Shown one piece after another: positions 44,701 through 54,962 of a stretch of DNA of 64,000 bases (positions within the stretch are counted from its first letter, which is position 1; each line of letters starts with the position of its first letter). The translations under genes and the position numbers were made by a program. The stretch covers positions 10,377,950 to 10,441,949 of the forward strand of contig NC_134026.1 in NCBI RefSeq assembly GCF_964204645.1, read 5' to 3'. The DNA is from Tubulanus polymorphus (lineage: Eukaryota > Animalia > Nemertea). The notes under the pieces are model-generated. The model made no database searches and was not told the DNA's origin. It saw nothing but the letters and a program-made list of their open reading frames with translations.

Positions 44701-47700
44701 ATTGTTGGGATGCCAAAAACCTTCCTTAAGTAATCCCGTAATAAATATAACTGGCTCAAAATTAACATATTTAATAATACCTGATGGCATCGCTACACTC
44801 AGCTAGGCACGAACCCCTGCCACAGTAGATCAGGTGCGTAGGTACATGCGCAGCTTTGCCACACGAAAAACCTGCGGCACCAATCAGATTACTCATTGTA
44901 TAATTCCCGAGGTAAATTTCACAGAAGAACTATAAATGGGAAAACCCTGGCCAAAATAAAACGGGATATCTGATTGGCTGATAATGACATCATCTAAGCT
45001 GCACGTGCGCACTCGGTTTAGTGTGGCAGGGTTTCGTACCGTGGCAATCTTGATGCCATCAGGTCGAATCCCTGTCAGAGGAGGATGTTCAATAATGTGA
45101 ACAGTGACCCAAGCACTTCACTCAATTGAATCCTCATTCAATCTATTCGACGTTGTCATAACGTCATAAATATGTGATGTCATTATCAAACCAGCTTTCA
45201 ATACTTTACTTACCTAACGATCTCAACCCTTGTTGCGCATTCCATCTGCCTTTCTTTCCACATGACTTCATCCCAGTCGAGATCAAAGAATACAACTACT
45301 AACGCTGGTACTTCATCTAAATGTTTATGCATCCAGGATTTTTTCAGGATACCTTTCGGTATATACCACTCATAGGTTGTCCTCTGAAATGAAACATTAA
45401 TGGCATGAAGTCTCCATCTGTAGTCTTACGAGATTGGGGAATAGGCAAAAATGGTGGTTTATGATCTGCAACAAACTCAGTCCTAGAAGTAGGTTTTTTA
45501 ACAATATGTGCCTTGCATTGAAGCCCGGGAAAATCAATAAGCCCTTTGTAACATTGCAAATCTCAGGTGCATAGGGGAAGATAGCTAAATGACATGAACT
45601 AAAACCACCACACAACCATAACAGGATTAGCCCTATATACGAAGGTGAGAAATACCAGTAATACCCATTACAGTTGGTCATCATGCACCTGCCAACGCAC
45701 TAAGGTTATTGCCTGAAAAAACTTGGGGGTATTTTTTTCTTCAAGTCTTTTATTATAGAAAAATAGAAATACAATCCATAGAATTGACAAATTTCCAACT
45801 CGGGTCTCGAGTTGGAAAGATATTATCAGCAAGCTCTATTACGAAAGATGGCGCATATAGTTTTCTGCAATAATTGGTTGAAATATACATGGAAGAACAT
45901 TGTAAACGAAAGAAATTACAAAAAATAAAATGAAATAAAATCGAGAGTTGTAGAGGCAGATACAATTCAAAATAAAGTTGGAAGCGCTTTTAAAAATCGA
46001 ACAATTTTCAGCGTAGGCTACGATAAATTGTTATCACTATGTAATAGAAATTGACATTAACTTTGTTCAGTTTTACCTTGAAATACATGGTTAAGAGCTG
46101 TGAGCTGGTTGGAGAGTTGGCGGATATTTTCAGCGTGTTGGGGCTGTCGGCATTTGAACAAGAAATGTTTTGTTGTTAATTGAGCGTTGCAAAACGTACA
46201 CATTGGGCTGTCTATGTTTCAAAAATTGTGATAAAAAAATTTTTCTTTCTTTTCTGTTTAAGTCTTTCAACATAGACGTACTGATAACCTTTGCGCTTGA
46301 TTTGCAGAAACTAATTTTTGATTTGAATGCGGAAAGGGTGAAAGTGTTCCTAAGAGATGTAAGTGTACTGTTCCAGCATTTCTTGGGGGTCTAGGCCCTA
46401 GTCCAAGGACACAATGCTCATTAAACGAAGAAGTCTGAAATGTTCCACTATATGACAATTTCATTAATGAAAAATGGCTAACCATGAGAGAGCTACATCA
46501 GGGTTCATAGCCTCAAGACCAACCAAAATTCAAGGCCATTCAAGGCCGTTTGAGAAGCACATTCAAGGCTTTTTACCCCTATGAAAAACATTCTTTACGG
46601 CAATATTTCCTCGCTTCATCCATTCAAAAACAATAAAAACAGCTTTAACAGGGTTCATTGTGCCAAATTCACTGATATTTACCGACACAGCCAACTACAG
46701 CAACTTTAAGAAATTTAATTCTTTAATTAGTTGGAAGTGCAGATTTTTCGAATAAAATCTTGGAAATATAACGGAAAAAATAAGTGTGAAAACTGTATTG
46801 GGCTGAATTCAAATGAGGGGAGAAAACTTATTTTTTGCAAATAATTTAGATGGAAATATCAAGAAAAAAATCTTTTTTTTCTTAATTAAATCTGATGAAA
46901 AAACAACTTTTTTCAACCAGATGTTTTTGGCGGCATTACAGAGGGGATCCATGGCCCAAGTTGCCAAGTCAATTGACATCATCTAGCCTACATGAAAAGC
47001 GCTTTACATGCAGTAATCACACACAACTGACTGATGATACATCATGAATATACATAGTAGTGGGTTTTCCCCAATGACTCAAATAGACACCTACTGTGCA
47101 ACATAGGTCTCCAAGGATAACCAGAAAATTAATTTCAACAAATTATTTGACGCCTGCAAAAAAATGTAGAATTTTTAGGATGAGCTAACGTGGGATTGCA
47201 AATTTGAAATCGAAGTTCTAAATTTGGGGAATTATGAGATTTGGCGATTGGGTAGATGATAGAGGTCTTCGACTGTAAATAGTGGTTTAATATTTTTATC
47301 GAAAATTGTCAATAATGATTACTTGCGACCGACTTCATTCACTTTTGCCTCTAAGCTGGTCTGCAACTTCATTGCCTCCAGGGTTGAGGAAAGAGTGTAT
47401 GAATTATGCATGTGTCTTGTATGCTGTATTTTCTTATTTTAGAATTGGTAACTTTATAGAATTTGGAAATTTTATATGTAATAAGGATCAATAAAGAATG
47501 AATTGAATTGTCACCTAATACACATGCCATCAGAGGACGCGGAGCCGTATATGACAGCTATTAGCCTATAAATTGCTAATCTCATGAAACCTGTATATCC
47601 CTAATATCGAACATATTTTCTATAACATTTTAATAATACATTTTATAATTGACCGCTTGTAGCCGCCGATGAAATTCACGCCGGCCCTACACAGATCGTA

Positions 47701-49580
47701 GATAGCTTCGTCATTCCACCAGCATCCCCATGTCAGGGTCTTACTTTTATATCAGACTTCAAAATCGTGTATACATCCGCCATTTTGACCGAATAATCCG
47801 ATTTACTTATCATTTCTATTTATGCCTGCCGCTTCTGATATAATCATACATCCTTTACTATTACAATACGTCTTCTAATGATATTCAATGCAACATAACA
47901 TTTCGACGTTCAAATAGAGCTCATTATATAATCACAGGAAGTCATTCTACATCTTTGTCAATAATATTTTGCCAAATAGCTCGTATGTGTACACATAGAC
48001 CTGTGACGTTTTGCACATCGATTTACGGTTGTCGTTTGTAAAATGACGCTGAATGGTTAACATTGTTTAGGTTTCATAATGGCAATGTTTTATAAGGCGT
48101 CAAAAAAAGATATCAAAACGATTTATATAACAGGCATTAGACATCGTCTGTTATCAAAATTTCCATAATTACAAAAAACAATCATAAATTTACAGATTTG
48201 CAACATTTTCGAAATTCAAGGCCCTCAAATCGAGATTAAAGTGCTGAATTCAAGGCTTTTCAAGGCCTTGAATTTCCTTTTGACAATTCAAGGCTATTCA
48301 AGGATTTCAAGGCCCGCTTACGAAACTTGTACAGGTCTCAGAATTCAGGTCATAAATGACTTTTCTGTGCACTAAAAAAGGTCAAAGGGTGGCCAGCTTC
48401 AGTGGTGTTGGAACTTATATTGATGGTTTCTGGTAGGGGACAAACAGATGGACGAAAGTTGAACGCCAATAATAGCCGGCTGGGACTTATGTCCTTAGTA
48501 GGCTAACAAATAAGGTCACAAAACGGTCATCTTGTTTCGGCTCAATCCAATTATCCTCGAGTTACTAGGCTCTGCAGAGATACATGGGCCTATGGGCTAC
48601 ATACCAAACCTCAAGATATTGATCTTCAAAAGCACTTTCAAAATTTCCCATGAAATCTTCAACAAGAAGTCCATGAGCTTTGGCACTGCGGCTATGAATG
48701 TAATCACAGCAGGGGTGTGTGAACTTGTTTTTAGTTACCCCCTCAGCATTATAAAAGATATGATCTCAGTTATTCAAAGTTGATACGTGAACACATCATT
48801 GATGGTTTTAACTAAACCTCATCATCAGAGAAACGAGAATGAAAATAACGCATGTAATGGCATTCTAAGCACCATTTAAATGGAAACTGAAAGCTTGTGT
48901 CTCGATCAATGTTGCCGTGTTGGTCCCTGGGCAATCATTGACCAGTCTGTTTTTGGAATAGTCAGGAATTGACAAAGGGTCGGCAATTCAGATTGATTTA
49001 CTCTGCCGTTAAGCTGCACATTCTTATCTATATTTGTATGATTTACTAGAGCGATTTGTTTTGACAAGTCTGCAAATTTTGAACAATGATACATCAATTG
49101 AATTGAATTTGTAAAAATTGTTGCCAGACACTGCTGCTCTTCATAAGTATACTTGAAATGCAATTAATTATTCCGAAGAAAAGCCTCCTTAACTAGGCAA
49201 ATCATCAATAATATTTCATTTCATTGTAACCATAAATAGGCCTAGATATTGTTTTGTTTTGGATACAAGTCTTAATTTTCAAAACCATGTTGAACACATT
49301 GGCGAAAAAGTATAGAATCTTTTCAACTGTTTAACCCTCTCTCTTATATTAAGTTAGAATTATTTTCGTTTAAACATACCTTAGACCTGACTTTAGGATA
49401 TTCATGATCACCCTCGAATATTCTAAACTTCAGGGGAACCCTGTCGGCTCTTCTGTTATTTGAGAACGAGTCGGATATTGATTTATGTACTGCGTTGTAC
49501 ATTACATCGAGTCCTGTGAGCACTATCAAACCGGTAGGTTTACATAACAGTTCTCCGGGTAATTCACATGACCACGACAT
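13700..49580 (-). CDS. TRAPPC11: Trafficking protein particle complex subunit 11 (foie gras/gryzun), 27 coding exons, about 1120 aa
   Basis: Exons joined at GT-AG sites with consistent phases give 3363 nt including the stop. The protein matches TRAPPC11 throughout ([69 protein letters not shown]). Confidence 0.96.
14283..14389. mobile_element. Harbinger/PIF-type MITE
   Basis: TIR ggcccagtttc / gaaactgggcc with TSD CTG on both sides. Confidence 0.72.
14853..16146. mobile_element. Fold-back non-autonomous DNA transposon (P/hAT-like) with an 8-bp TSD
   Basis: Termini cacagggacttgtcac / gtgacaagtccctgtg. TSD tcaaaaac at 14845-52 and 16147-54. Near-perfect inverted arms at about 14936-15331 and 15671-16066. 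Confidence 0.85.
16328..16553 (-). CDS. TRAPPC11: TRAPPC11 coding exon 26
   Basis: [46 protein letters not shown]...FMFSGHKQ|gtaggc. The AAG acceptor is inferred from phase. Confidence 0.85.
16953..17110 (-). CDS. TRAPPC11: TRAPPC11 coding exon 25
   Basis: tttcag|[36 protein letters not shown]...GIYTVYWKR|gtaaag. Confidence 0.9.
18210..18317 (-). CDS. TRAPPC11: TRAPPC11 coding exon 24
   Basis: [36 protein letters not shown]|gtaaga. Confidence 0.9.
19147..19272 (-). CDS. TRAPPC11: TRAPPC11 coding exon 23
   Basis: [42 protein letters not shown]|gtacgt. Confidence 0.88.
20160..20219 (-). CDS. TRAPPC11: TRAPPC11 coding exon 22
   Basis: ttttcag|[20 protein letters not shown]|gtacgt. Confidence 0.82.
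20749..20783. repeat. (AATC)n microsatellite
   Basis: About 8 tandem aatc units. Confidence 0.9.
21485..21576 (-). CDS. TRAPPC11: TRAPPC11 coding exon 21
   Basis: [30 protein letters not shown]|gtatgt. Confidence 0.88.
21983..22158 (-). CDS. TRAPPC11: TRAPPC11 coding exon 20
   Basis: [24 protein letters not shown]...[16 protein letters not shown]|gtatgt. Confidence 0.9.
23261..23436 (-). CDS. TRAPPC11: TRAPPC11 coding exon 19
   Basis: [22 protein letters not shown]...[10 protein letters not shown]|gtaagt. Confidence 0.9.
23770..23901 (-). CDS. TRAPPC11: TRAPPC11 coding exon 18
   Basis: [44 protein letters not shown]|gtctgt. Confidence 0.9.
24411..24468 (-). CDS. TRAPPC11: TRAPPC11 coding exon 17
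   Basis: [19 protein letters not shown]|gtaagt. Confidence 0.88.
24563..25346. mobile_element. hAT/P-like non-autonomous TIR element with a 6-bp TSD
   Basis: 14-bp perfect TIR cagggttgtcattt / aaatgacaaccctg. cactag is duplicated at 24557-62 and 25347-52. Confidence 0.8.
25349..26008 (-). mobile_element. Helitron-like element (3' end)
   Basis: On the - strand: hairpin cgcgcggtggcgccaccgtgcg, then ...gatacgtCTAG|T. A second copy lies at 9203-9615. The 5' boundary is uncertain. Confidence 0.68.
26092..26486. mobile_element. Kolobok-type MITE (TTAA TSD, AG termini)
   Basis: ttaa|agggcaagtgccctc ... gatggcatttgctct|ttaa. Confidence 0.72.
26655..26727 (-). CDS. TRAPPC11: TRAPPC11 coding exon 16
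   Basis: [24 protein letters not shown]|gtaaaa. Confidence 0.88.
27084..27240 (-). CDS. TRAPPC11: TRAPPC11 coding exon 15
   Basis: [23 protein letters not shown]...[12 protein letters not shown]|gtacat. Confidence 0.9.
28063..28270 (-). CDS. TRAPPC11: TRAPPC11 coding exon 14
   Basis: [33 protein letters not shown]...NLNKVMN|gtatgt. Confidence 0.92.
28562..28616 (-). CDS. TRAPPC11: TRAPPC11 coding exon 13
   Basis: [17 protein letters not shown]|gtatgt. Confidence 0.92.
28866..30030. repeat. Interspersed composite repeat, direct copy at about 47117-48108
   Basis: Shared blocks gataaccagaa...gaaatcgaagtt, aaggatcaataaagaa(ttgaa)n and cacatgccatcag...ttttataaggcgtcaaaaaa occur in the same order in both copies. 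Confidence 0.8.
30169..30247 (-). CDS. TRAPPC11: TRAPPC11 coding exon 12
   Basis: [26 protein letters not shown]|gtaaga. Confidence 0.93.
30387..30466 (-). CDS. TRAPPC11: TRAPPC11 coding exon 11
   Basis: [26 protein letters not shown]|gtaaga. Confidence 0.92.
30558..30649. mobile_element. Harbinger-type MITE (family of 5138 and 53803)
   Basis: gacccagttcaacagttgtgagtt...aactcagaactgtggaactggctc. Confidence 0.68.
30660..32290 (+). mobile_element. Helentron/HINE-like non-autonomous repeat with an internal ~158-bp tandem array
   Basis: Tandem units (tcaacgccccctggtggccata...gagctacaacttt) at 31175-31690, a (ggac)n microsatellite at about 32216, and a 3' hairpin tgggactgaagtccca followed by an A run. 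Related pieces at about 22500-23000, 39950-40570, 43100-43345, 48330-48510 and 50410-51740. Confidence 0.6.
32371..32461 (-). CDS. TRAPPC11: TRAPPC11 coding exon 10
   Basis: [30 protein letters not shown]|gtaagt. Confidence 0.93.
32552..32693 (-). CDS. TRAPPC11: TRAPPC11 coding exon 9
   Basis: [47 protein letters not shown]|gtacgt. Confidence 0.93.
33826..33959 (-). CDS. TRAPPC11: TRAPPC11 coding exon 8
   Basis: [44 protein letters not shown]|gtgagt. Confidence 0.94.
34664..35800 (-). pseudogene. DIRS tyrosine recombinase (frameshift near 35560)
   Basis: [17 protein letters not shown]...FLFEEK then, in another frame, TIKGYRSAI...PPWDLTVVL...[17 protein letters not shown]...[11 protein letters not shown]...[10 protein letters not shown]...[12 protein letters not shown]. 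The R, HxxR, W and Y catalytic residues are present. Confidence 0.92.
35601..37200 (-). pseudogene. DIRS pol: RT N-terminus (core deleted), RNase H, Dam-like methyltransferase domain
   Basis: [29 protein letters not shown] runs directly into GLVRP...[11 protein letters not shown], with no YLDD motif. RNase H: [37 protein letters not shown]. Methyltransferase: [28 protein letters not shown]. Confidence 0.9.
37217..39022 (-). pseudogene. DIRS gag-like ORF1 (RS-rich N-terminus), interrupted by in-frame TAG TAA at 38321-38326
   Basis: ORFs 38324-39022 and 37217-38167 share a frame. The C-terminus overlaps the pol start, as in DIRS1 elements. Confidence 0.75.
39456..39552 (-). CDS. TRAPPC11: TRAPPC11 coding exon 7
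   Basis: [32 protein letters not shown]|gtgatt. Confidence 0.93.
39641..39714 (-). CDS. TRAPPC11: TRAPPC11 coding exon 6
   Basis: [25 protein letters not shown]|gtgagt. Confidence 0.94.
40650..40749 (-). CDS. TRAPPC11: TRAPPC11 coding exon 5
   Basis: [33 protein letters not shown]|gtatgt. Confidence 0.94.
41282..41990 (+). mobile_element. HINE/pearl-like non-autonomous element with tandem ~130-bp cores
   Basis: Starts aacaagcag...cagctctgctg, has tandem cores (aaagattttacaag...gtacagcgccccctaga...tagcccttg) and a (ggac)n microsatellite, and ends with the hairpin tgaccttcggtca. Confidence 0.68.
43501..43615 (-). CDS. TRAPPC11: TRAPPC11 coding exon 4
   Basis: [38 protein letters not shown]|gtaagt. 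Confidence 0.95.
44014..44084 (-). CDS. TRAPPC11: TRAPPC11 coding exon 3
   Basis: [23 protein letters not shown]|gtaggc. Confidence 0.94.
44780..45090. mobile_element. TIR-type repeat, related copy at about 49915-50225
   Basis: Inverted cctgatggcatc / gatgccatcagg with internal ccaatcag / ctgattgg motifs in both copies. Confidence 0.6.
45214..45383 (-). CDS. TRAPPC11: TRAPPC11 coding exon 2
   Basis: [57 protein letters not shown]|gtaagt. Confidence 0.95.
46499..48330. mobile_element. Degenerate hAT-like non-autonomous element with ttcaagg subterminal repeats, containing nested repeats
   Basis: Ends cagggttcata / tacgaaacttg. Clusters of ttcaagg at 46528-46570 and 48215-48315. Confidence 0.5.
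49380..49580 (-). CDS. TRAPPC11: TRAPPC11 first coding exon
   Basis: [67 protein letters not shown]|gtatgt. The ATG directly follows an acceptor-like ttcttactctag. Confidence 0.95.
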
Positions 49581-50674
49581 CTAGAGTAAGAAATGACAAT
49601 GCGTTAAGAAATGACAGTTCAGTTCAAGTGTCCCATTTAACTGCCTCTCAACTCTTCACCCTATAACTGTGACAAAAAAAGCAGAATTTGGGCATTGGAA
49701 AACATAGCTCCAAGCCTGGTCCAGGCATGTATGTTCAGCTTCCAGGTAAACCACCATTGGTACTCATGCAGTTAATGATTTTACTAGAAATCACGAGCTT
49801 TTGCTACTAATGTCTTGAATTTCAAATTGGTTTGAAAGGGTATCAGGTGCCATAGCTCAGTCATTTTTGTATACACAACAAGCTAGGCCACCTGATGTCT
49901 TTTCAACTTATGTTGAAATCATCATCCCTTGGCAGCGATTCAAACCTGATGACATCGCTAGACTTGAAACCCTGCCACATTAGCCTGAGTCCACAGGCAC
50001 ATGTGTCACACAAAAACTTGCAGCGCCAATCAGATTCCTTGTTGTATTATCGCTGGAGCGTATTTCAGGGGTACAATTATAGGTTGGGATAAGCCTGGCG
50101 AAAATAAAAGGTGATTTCTGATTGGCTAATAATGACAAAATTTAAGCTGCGTTGGGCAAGGTTTGTTATACCATGGCAGTATCGATGCCATCAGATTCAA
50201 ATCCCTGCGGGGCAGGATGAGTTGAAATAGGCGGTAGAACAAAGTAGTTTCACTATCATGTAAATCAGCGATGATAAGACACTGATAGGCGTATGTTAAA
50301 GAGTAAGAGTAATTTTCAGGGGTGGATTATCATATTGATAACTAGGGGTCCAGGGATGCCACACCCACTTGAGAAGTGCTTTGAAATGCTAAACTATCTG
50401 AGAAAATTTTGATATTCAACGCCCCCTGGTGATAATACACTGAAACCAATGACCTTGAAACTCACACTATCATAAAACAATATTGTTATTCCACTATTCA
50501 CTGCCCCCTGGTGACCATAGGCCTATATAAAAACCAATAACCCTGAAATTCACCACAATTATAGAACATGCCATGACCTACAATTGTGCAATTGATTGTG
50601 GTAACAAAATATATGCCTAGGTACCAACATAATATGGAAATACTGAGTTATTCTGCAATTTGATGCCCCCCGGT

Positions 50675-51150
50675 GGATTCTAGGATAATTGCCCCCGGAC
50701 AATTCCCCCCCCCCCCCCGAATAAAATCCTTTTTGATTGGGTTTAACACCACCTTAATACTTTACTTAGAAATCCATTTGTATATTATTGAATATAGATA
50801 TTGATTTATATAGATTTATAAGATATAGAATTACTGATGTTGTGTGCAGATCAAAAACTTTAAATGAGTCCTTGAGTTATAATAATTCACTTACCAAATT
50901 AGTAGTGCATTAGTTAATTTTGGCTAATTTATTGGAATAAGTTTTAGTGTTACTTTAGCCAATCAAAAACTTTAAATCAGTAAATGAATAATTAGCTGCA
51001 CTAATTAGCTAGAGTTAGTTCGCTTTGTCTAATTAATTAGAAGTAAATATGTGCTATTTTAATATCAAAGAAATTTAATTTGGGGGGGGCAATTGTCCGG
51101 GGGGGCAACTGTCCTGGGGGCAATTGTCCAGGGGCATTTGTCCTGATACC
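50675..51150. mobile_element. MULE-like non-autonomous element with ggacaattgcccc subterminal repeats
   Basis: Inverted clusters ggataattgccccc / gggggcaattgtcc. Imperfect TSD cccccggt / cccctggt. Inserted within a unit of the ~158-bp repeat. Confidence 0.6.
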
Positions 51151-53458
51151 CCCCTGGTGACCATATACAGAAATCAACAACATTGGAACTTACCACAATC
51201 ATAGAACATGTCATGAGCTACAACTTTGCGATTGATTATGGTTACAAAACATGCCTAGGTACCAATACAATATGGAAATACTAAGTTATTGTATTATTCA
51301 ACACCCGCTGGTGACCATATCCATGAACTAATGATCTTGAAACTCACCACAATCATAGAACATGTCATGAGCAACAACTTTGCAATTGATTGTGGTTACA
51401 AAACTGTTTTGTGGTTGTTTTAAATAGGTGCATAGGTACCAATTTAAATAGACAAATTGTATACGATTCAATATCAAACTCCCCCTGGTGGTGGGAACTA
51501 AAAACCTCCTCACAGAAAGAGCATCACAAATTTTGAAGAAAAATGGCAAACCATTAGCAAGCTACAGGTCTCGGAATTTAGGCCAAAATTGACCTTTTTG
51601 GGCCCAAAAACGGTCACAGGACAGCCATCTTGGGTCCAATCAATCTAATTATTCTTATGCTGATGGACTCTTGAGGGATATACAAATATACGTGTAGGCA
51701 TATATGAAAGATCAAGATAATTGATGGCTGCGCTTTCAAAATTTCTGCAATATTCAGAAAATATAGAATGGTGTGCGTATTTGAAGCCCTCAATCATCAA
51801 AATCAAACTCAATGTTTTAAATTTCAAAATCGGCAAAAACCAGCATCATAGCTTTTTCAGTCCAGGCGATTTCGGCTCTAATTTTGCGGTCAAAGACAGA
51901 TAATTCATGAACTATTCATTGGAAGTTAACAAATTTAGAACAAAGTGGCTATTTTTATGACGTCGTAAAGTGGTCTTAAATTCTATTTTCACGACAGTTA
52001 ATATTAAATGTCGGATTATGGTCTAGAGTGGAGAGGATTAGTGTCAAGAGAGTGAGAAGAAGGTCCAGAGGGTAAGGGTAAAGGTTCCGTTTTACAACTA
52101 GGGATAGGGTTACGGTAAGGTTGAATGCTGTAGCCTATGTAGTTAAAACATTCGGTCTAGTGGGAAGTTGCTGCGCTAGTACTAGGCCTATCTGGCCCAA
52201 GTTCGAGTCTCGCTCTATCCACTATTTTCTCTAATTCAGTTCTCCAAACCTTCTTCAATTTTCTAAGTCGCGCACCTCTGTGCGCATGCCCAACATAAAT
52301 TAGCCAATCAGAATGAAATATCGTAAATATAGCTCGTGTCGTCCGTTTACGGCGTCGTAAAAATAGCCTGAGCGAAAACAGAAAGCTTATTAGCTTTGAT
52401 TTCATGCCTGGCTTCATCGAAATCGGAAGAAAAGCAAGCAGCGATAACGGGTTCCTGCTTTACTGGCTAGATTGTCGTACAGGAATGCGTGCAAAGATTT
52501 CACCCGAAATCAGTTCGTAATATTCGGCTATTTAGGAGCGCCACCTAGAGGTCAGCTCATAACATGGATATGTTGATCCACATGTGCTCTACGCGCAAAG
52601 TACTAATGTGCCAAGTTTAGGGGATATAACAACGAGAATAACGAAGCTACGGTGGTTCTACTATTCCCTGGCAGTTTAAGCGCATTCGGTTATTATTAGT
52701 TCCGACCACTAGTCGACTGGATAAGAAAACCGAATTTGGCCGAAGGCACTCAACAAATTCAAGATGGCATCTCCATGAAATAACCAATAACAAGTTAGGC
52801 CTGCCTATAGGGTTAACTGTGCAGGAGGGAAGGTCTAGTAAGTAGAGGAGTGACAAGTCAGTCCGATGAGTCGACTACAATTCACATATGAAATTGATGT
52901 CCAATAACCATTATATAAATTGCCAATGGGCAAAGTGTGGTTTACCTTGAAAGCTAGAGGTCGTTTGGAGTAAGGGGCATTGCTTGAAAAATCTTTTTAA
53001 TTCGTGACTTCAAAGTTCTAGAAGTTTATATTGTATTTTATCTTTCTCAAAGAATTATTTTGTAGTCAAATAAGACCAAAGATAAAAGCTCAATTTTCGA
53101 GAATATTCATCAATCCTTCAAAACAGTGTAAAATGAATATAAAACCGATGATTTATCTGGACTGCACAACCCTACTGATTCGATTAAGACCTATTTGAGG
53201 TATGCACACCCAAAACTAAGCGAAATATCCCAAAAAGATCGTGGACAATCAAAAATAAATTGACTTTAGTGAATAGTCGAAATCCCAGTAATTCACAGTA
53301 ACCTGTGTTTGGATATTCTCGGAGCTTTCCTTCTTTATTTATTTATGAAATGACGTCACAAACTTTCAGATTCGCGCAAGTATGCGTGCCATGATTGATG
53401 ATTGCTATTTCCACCGGTTTTATCTGAAAGTAATTTTTAGTTTAAAATAGGATGCACA

Positions 53459-54110
53459 GGAATTACGGTCAAAACGTTCTCATGTCAAAACGTCCTCGCG
53501 CCAAAACGTCCTCCAGTCAAAACGTCCTCGGTCAAAACGTCCTTGTCTGTATTAGGGGTCTATGTCCTTTCCACACTCAATCAACAGTAGTGGGGAGAGG
53601 GCAGCTACTCACCAGTCACCAGGAACCTGATCAGAAGTTTTAAAAAATCTGAACTTTTTTTAGATGTATCTAGACCCCTCCTCCGATAGTATGTAATAAG
53701 TATGTTGTAAAAAACGTTTGTCTTATGTTTTAAATACTTTCATTTTCTGTTTTTGTAAATATTGATCGACTGCCTCATACGCCACTATACATTAAACGTC
53801 AGGGTCCAGTTCCACAGTTGTGAGTTAGAGTTAACTCTGAGTTAAAATTAGTTCATTTTCAATGAGTTAACTCAGGGTCAAATTTTAACTTAGAACTGTG
53901 GAACTGGACCCAGTATATTTAGCTTATTACTTGGATTACAGTAGTAATAACTATATGCATTGACGTAATTTATTGTATGATAAAGTTATTCTGGCGTGAG
54001 TGAGGACGTTTTGACTGACGAAAGTGAGGACGTTTTGACCGACAAAAGCGAAGACGTTTTGACCGGGTATGCAAGGACATTTTGACATGAGGACGTTTTG
54101 ACCCGACACC
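53459..54110. mobile_element. MULE-like non-autonomous element with gtcaaaacgtcc subterminal repeats
   Basis: 5 copies of caaaacgt(c/t)c on the left and 5 of gacgttttgac-like on the right. GG...CC ends. 10-bp TSD aggatgcaca / atgatgcaca (1 mismatch). Confidence 0.68.
53803..53910. mobile_element. Harbinger-type MITE nested in the previous element
   Basis: TIR ggtccagttccacagtt / aactgtggaactggacc with TSD CAG. Confidence 0.8.
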
Positions 54111-54173
54111 ATGATGCACAGTACATCCATAGAATCTACTATTATGCGGAGAAAGAGACTGTTATATTATCGC

Positions 54174-54550
54174 TGTGGCTACTCGTACGGACCCGTACGG
54201 ATTACTCTGGAGGCTATTCGTACGGGACTAGGATCTGTACGCTAATAACTGTCGCTGATTGGCCGATTAACGCCGCGCATGCGTACAGAGGTGCACGACT
54301 TAGAAAATTCAAGGAAAGTGTGGAGAAAAATAGCGGATAGAGCGAGACTCGAACCCGGGCCAGTAAATTACTAGCGCAGTATCATACCATTAGACCACCG
54401 AGCTCGGACAGTCGATCGAATGTTTTAACTACATATGGCCTCACCTTACCCTAACCCTATCCCTTCCCGTACACATAATTCCAGAGTTATCCGACGGGTG
54501 CGTACGAATAGCCTACGGAATTATTCGTACGCGTCCGTACGAGTAGCCAC
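54174..54550. mobile_element. TIR MITE carrying a tRNA-like internal segment; related sequence inverted at about 52070-52320
   Basis: TIR gtggctactcgtacgga / tccgtacgagtagccac. Internal gagcgagactcgaaccc (B-box on the - strand) and ccctaaccct. Confidence 0.68.
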
Positions 54551-54962
54551 TTCGACTTCGTTACATTATTATCAGACAGAGTTCAACATTTAATTTAAAA
54601 ACTGTTAGTAGTTGAATCTGATAGAAGATGATTTTTATGTGACAAAACTCAGTGGAAAACATGTTGAAATAATAATCAGCAGGAATGCAACAGAAACCCA
54701 CGAAACAGTCAGTAAAAGTAGTAAAGCGACTGAAGTTGTTGAGTAGTTTGTTACCGTCGTTAGACCCCTTGTTATTTAATCATATACATTATAGACACGG
54801 TGAACACCCCCTAACTTAGTCATCTAACTTAATCACCTTTTGATGTTATTGGTAGCAAGTATTTCGAATCGGATCGAATATATATAAGAAATAGTTCTTG
54901 TCATTCAATGAAATCAATTCAATTCAAAATGACAGCCAACATAAATGCAGGATGTTAGAGAA

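Noticed and set aside
54440-54470. Interstitial telomere (ccctaaccct)
   Set aside because: Only one or two perfect units, inside a MITE.
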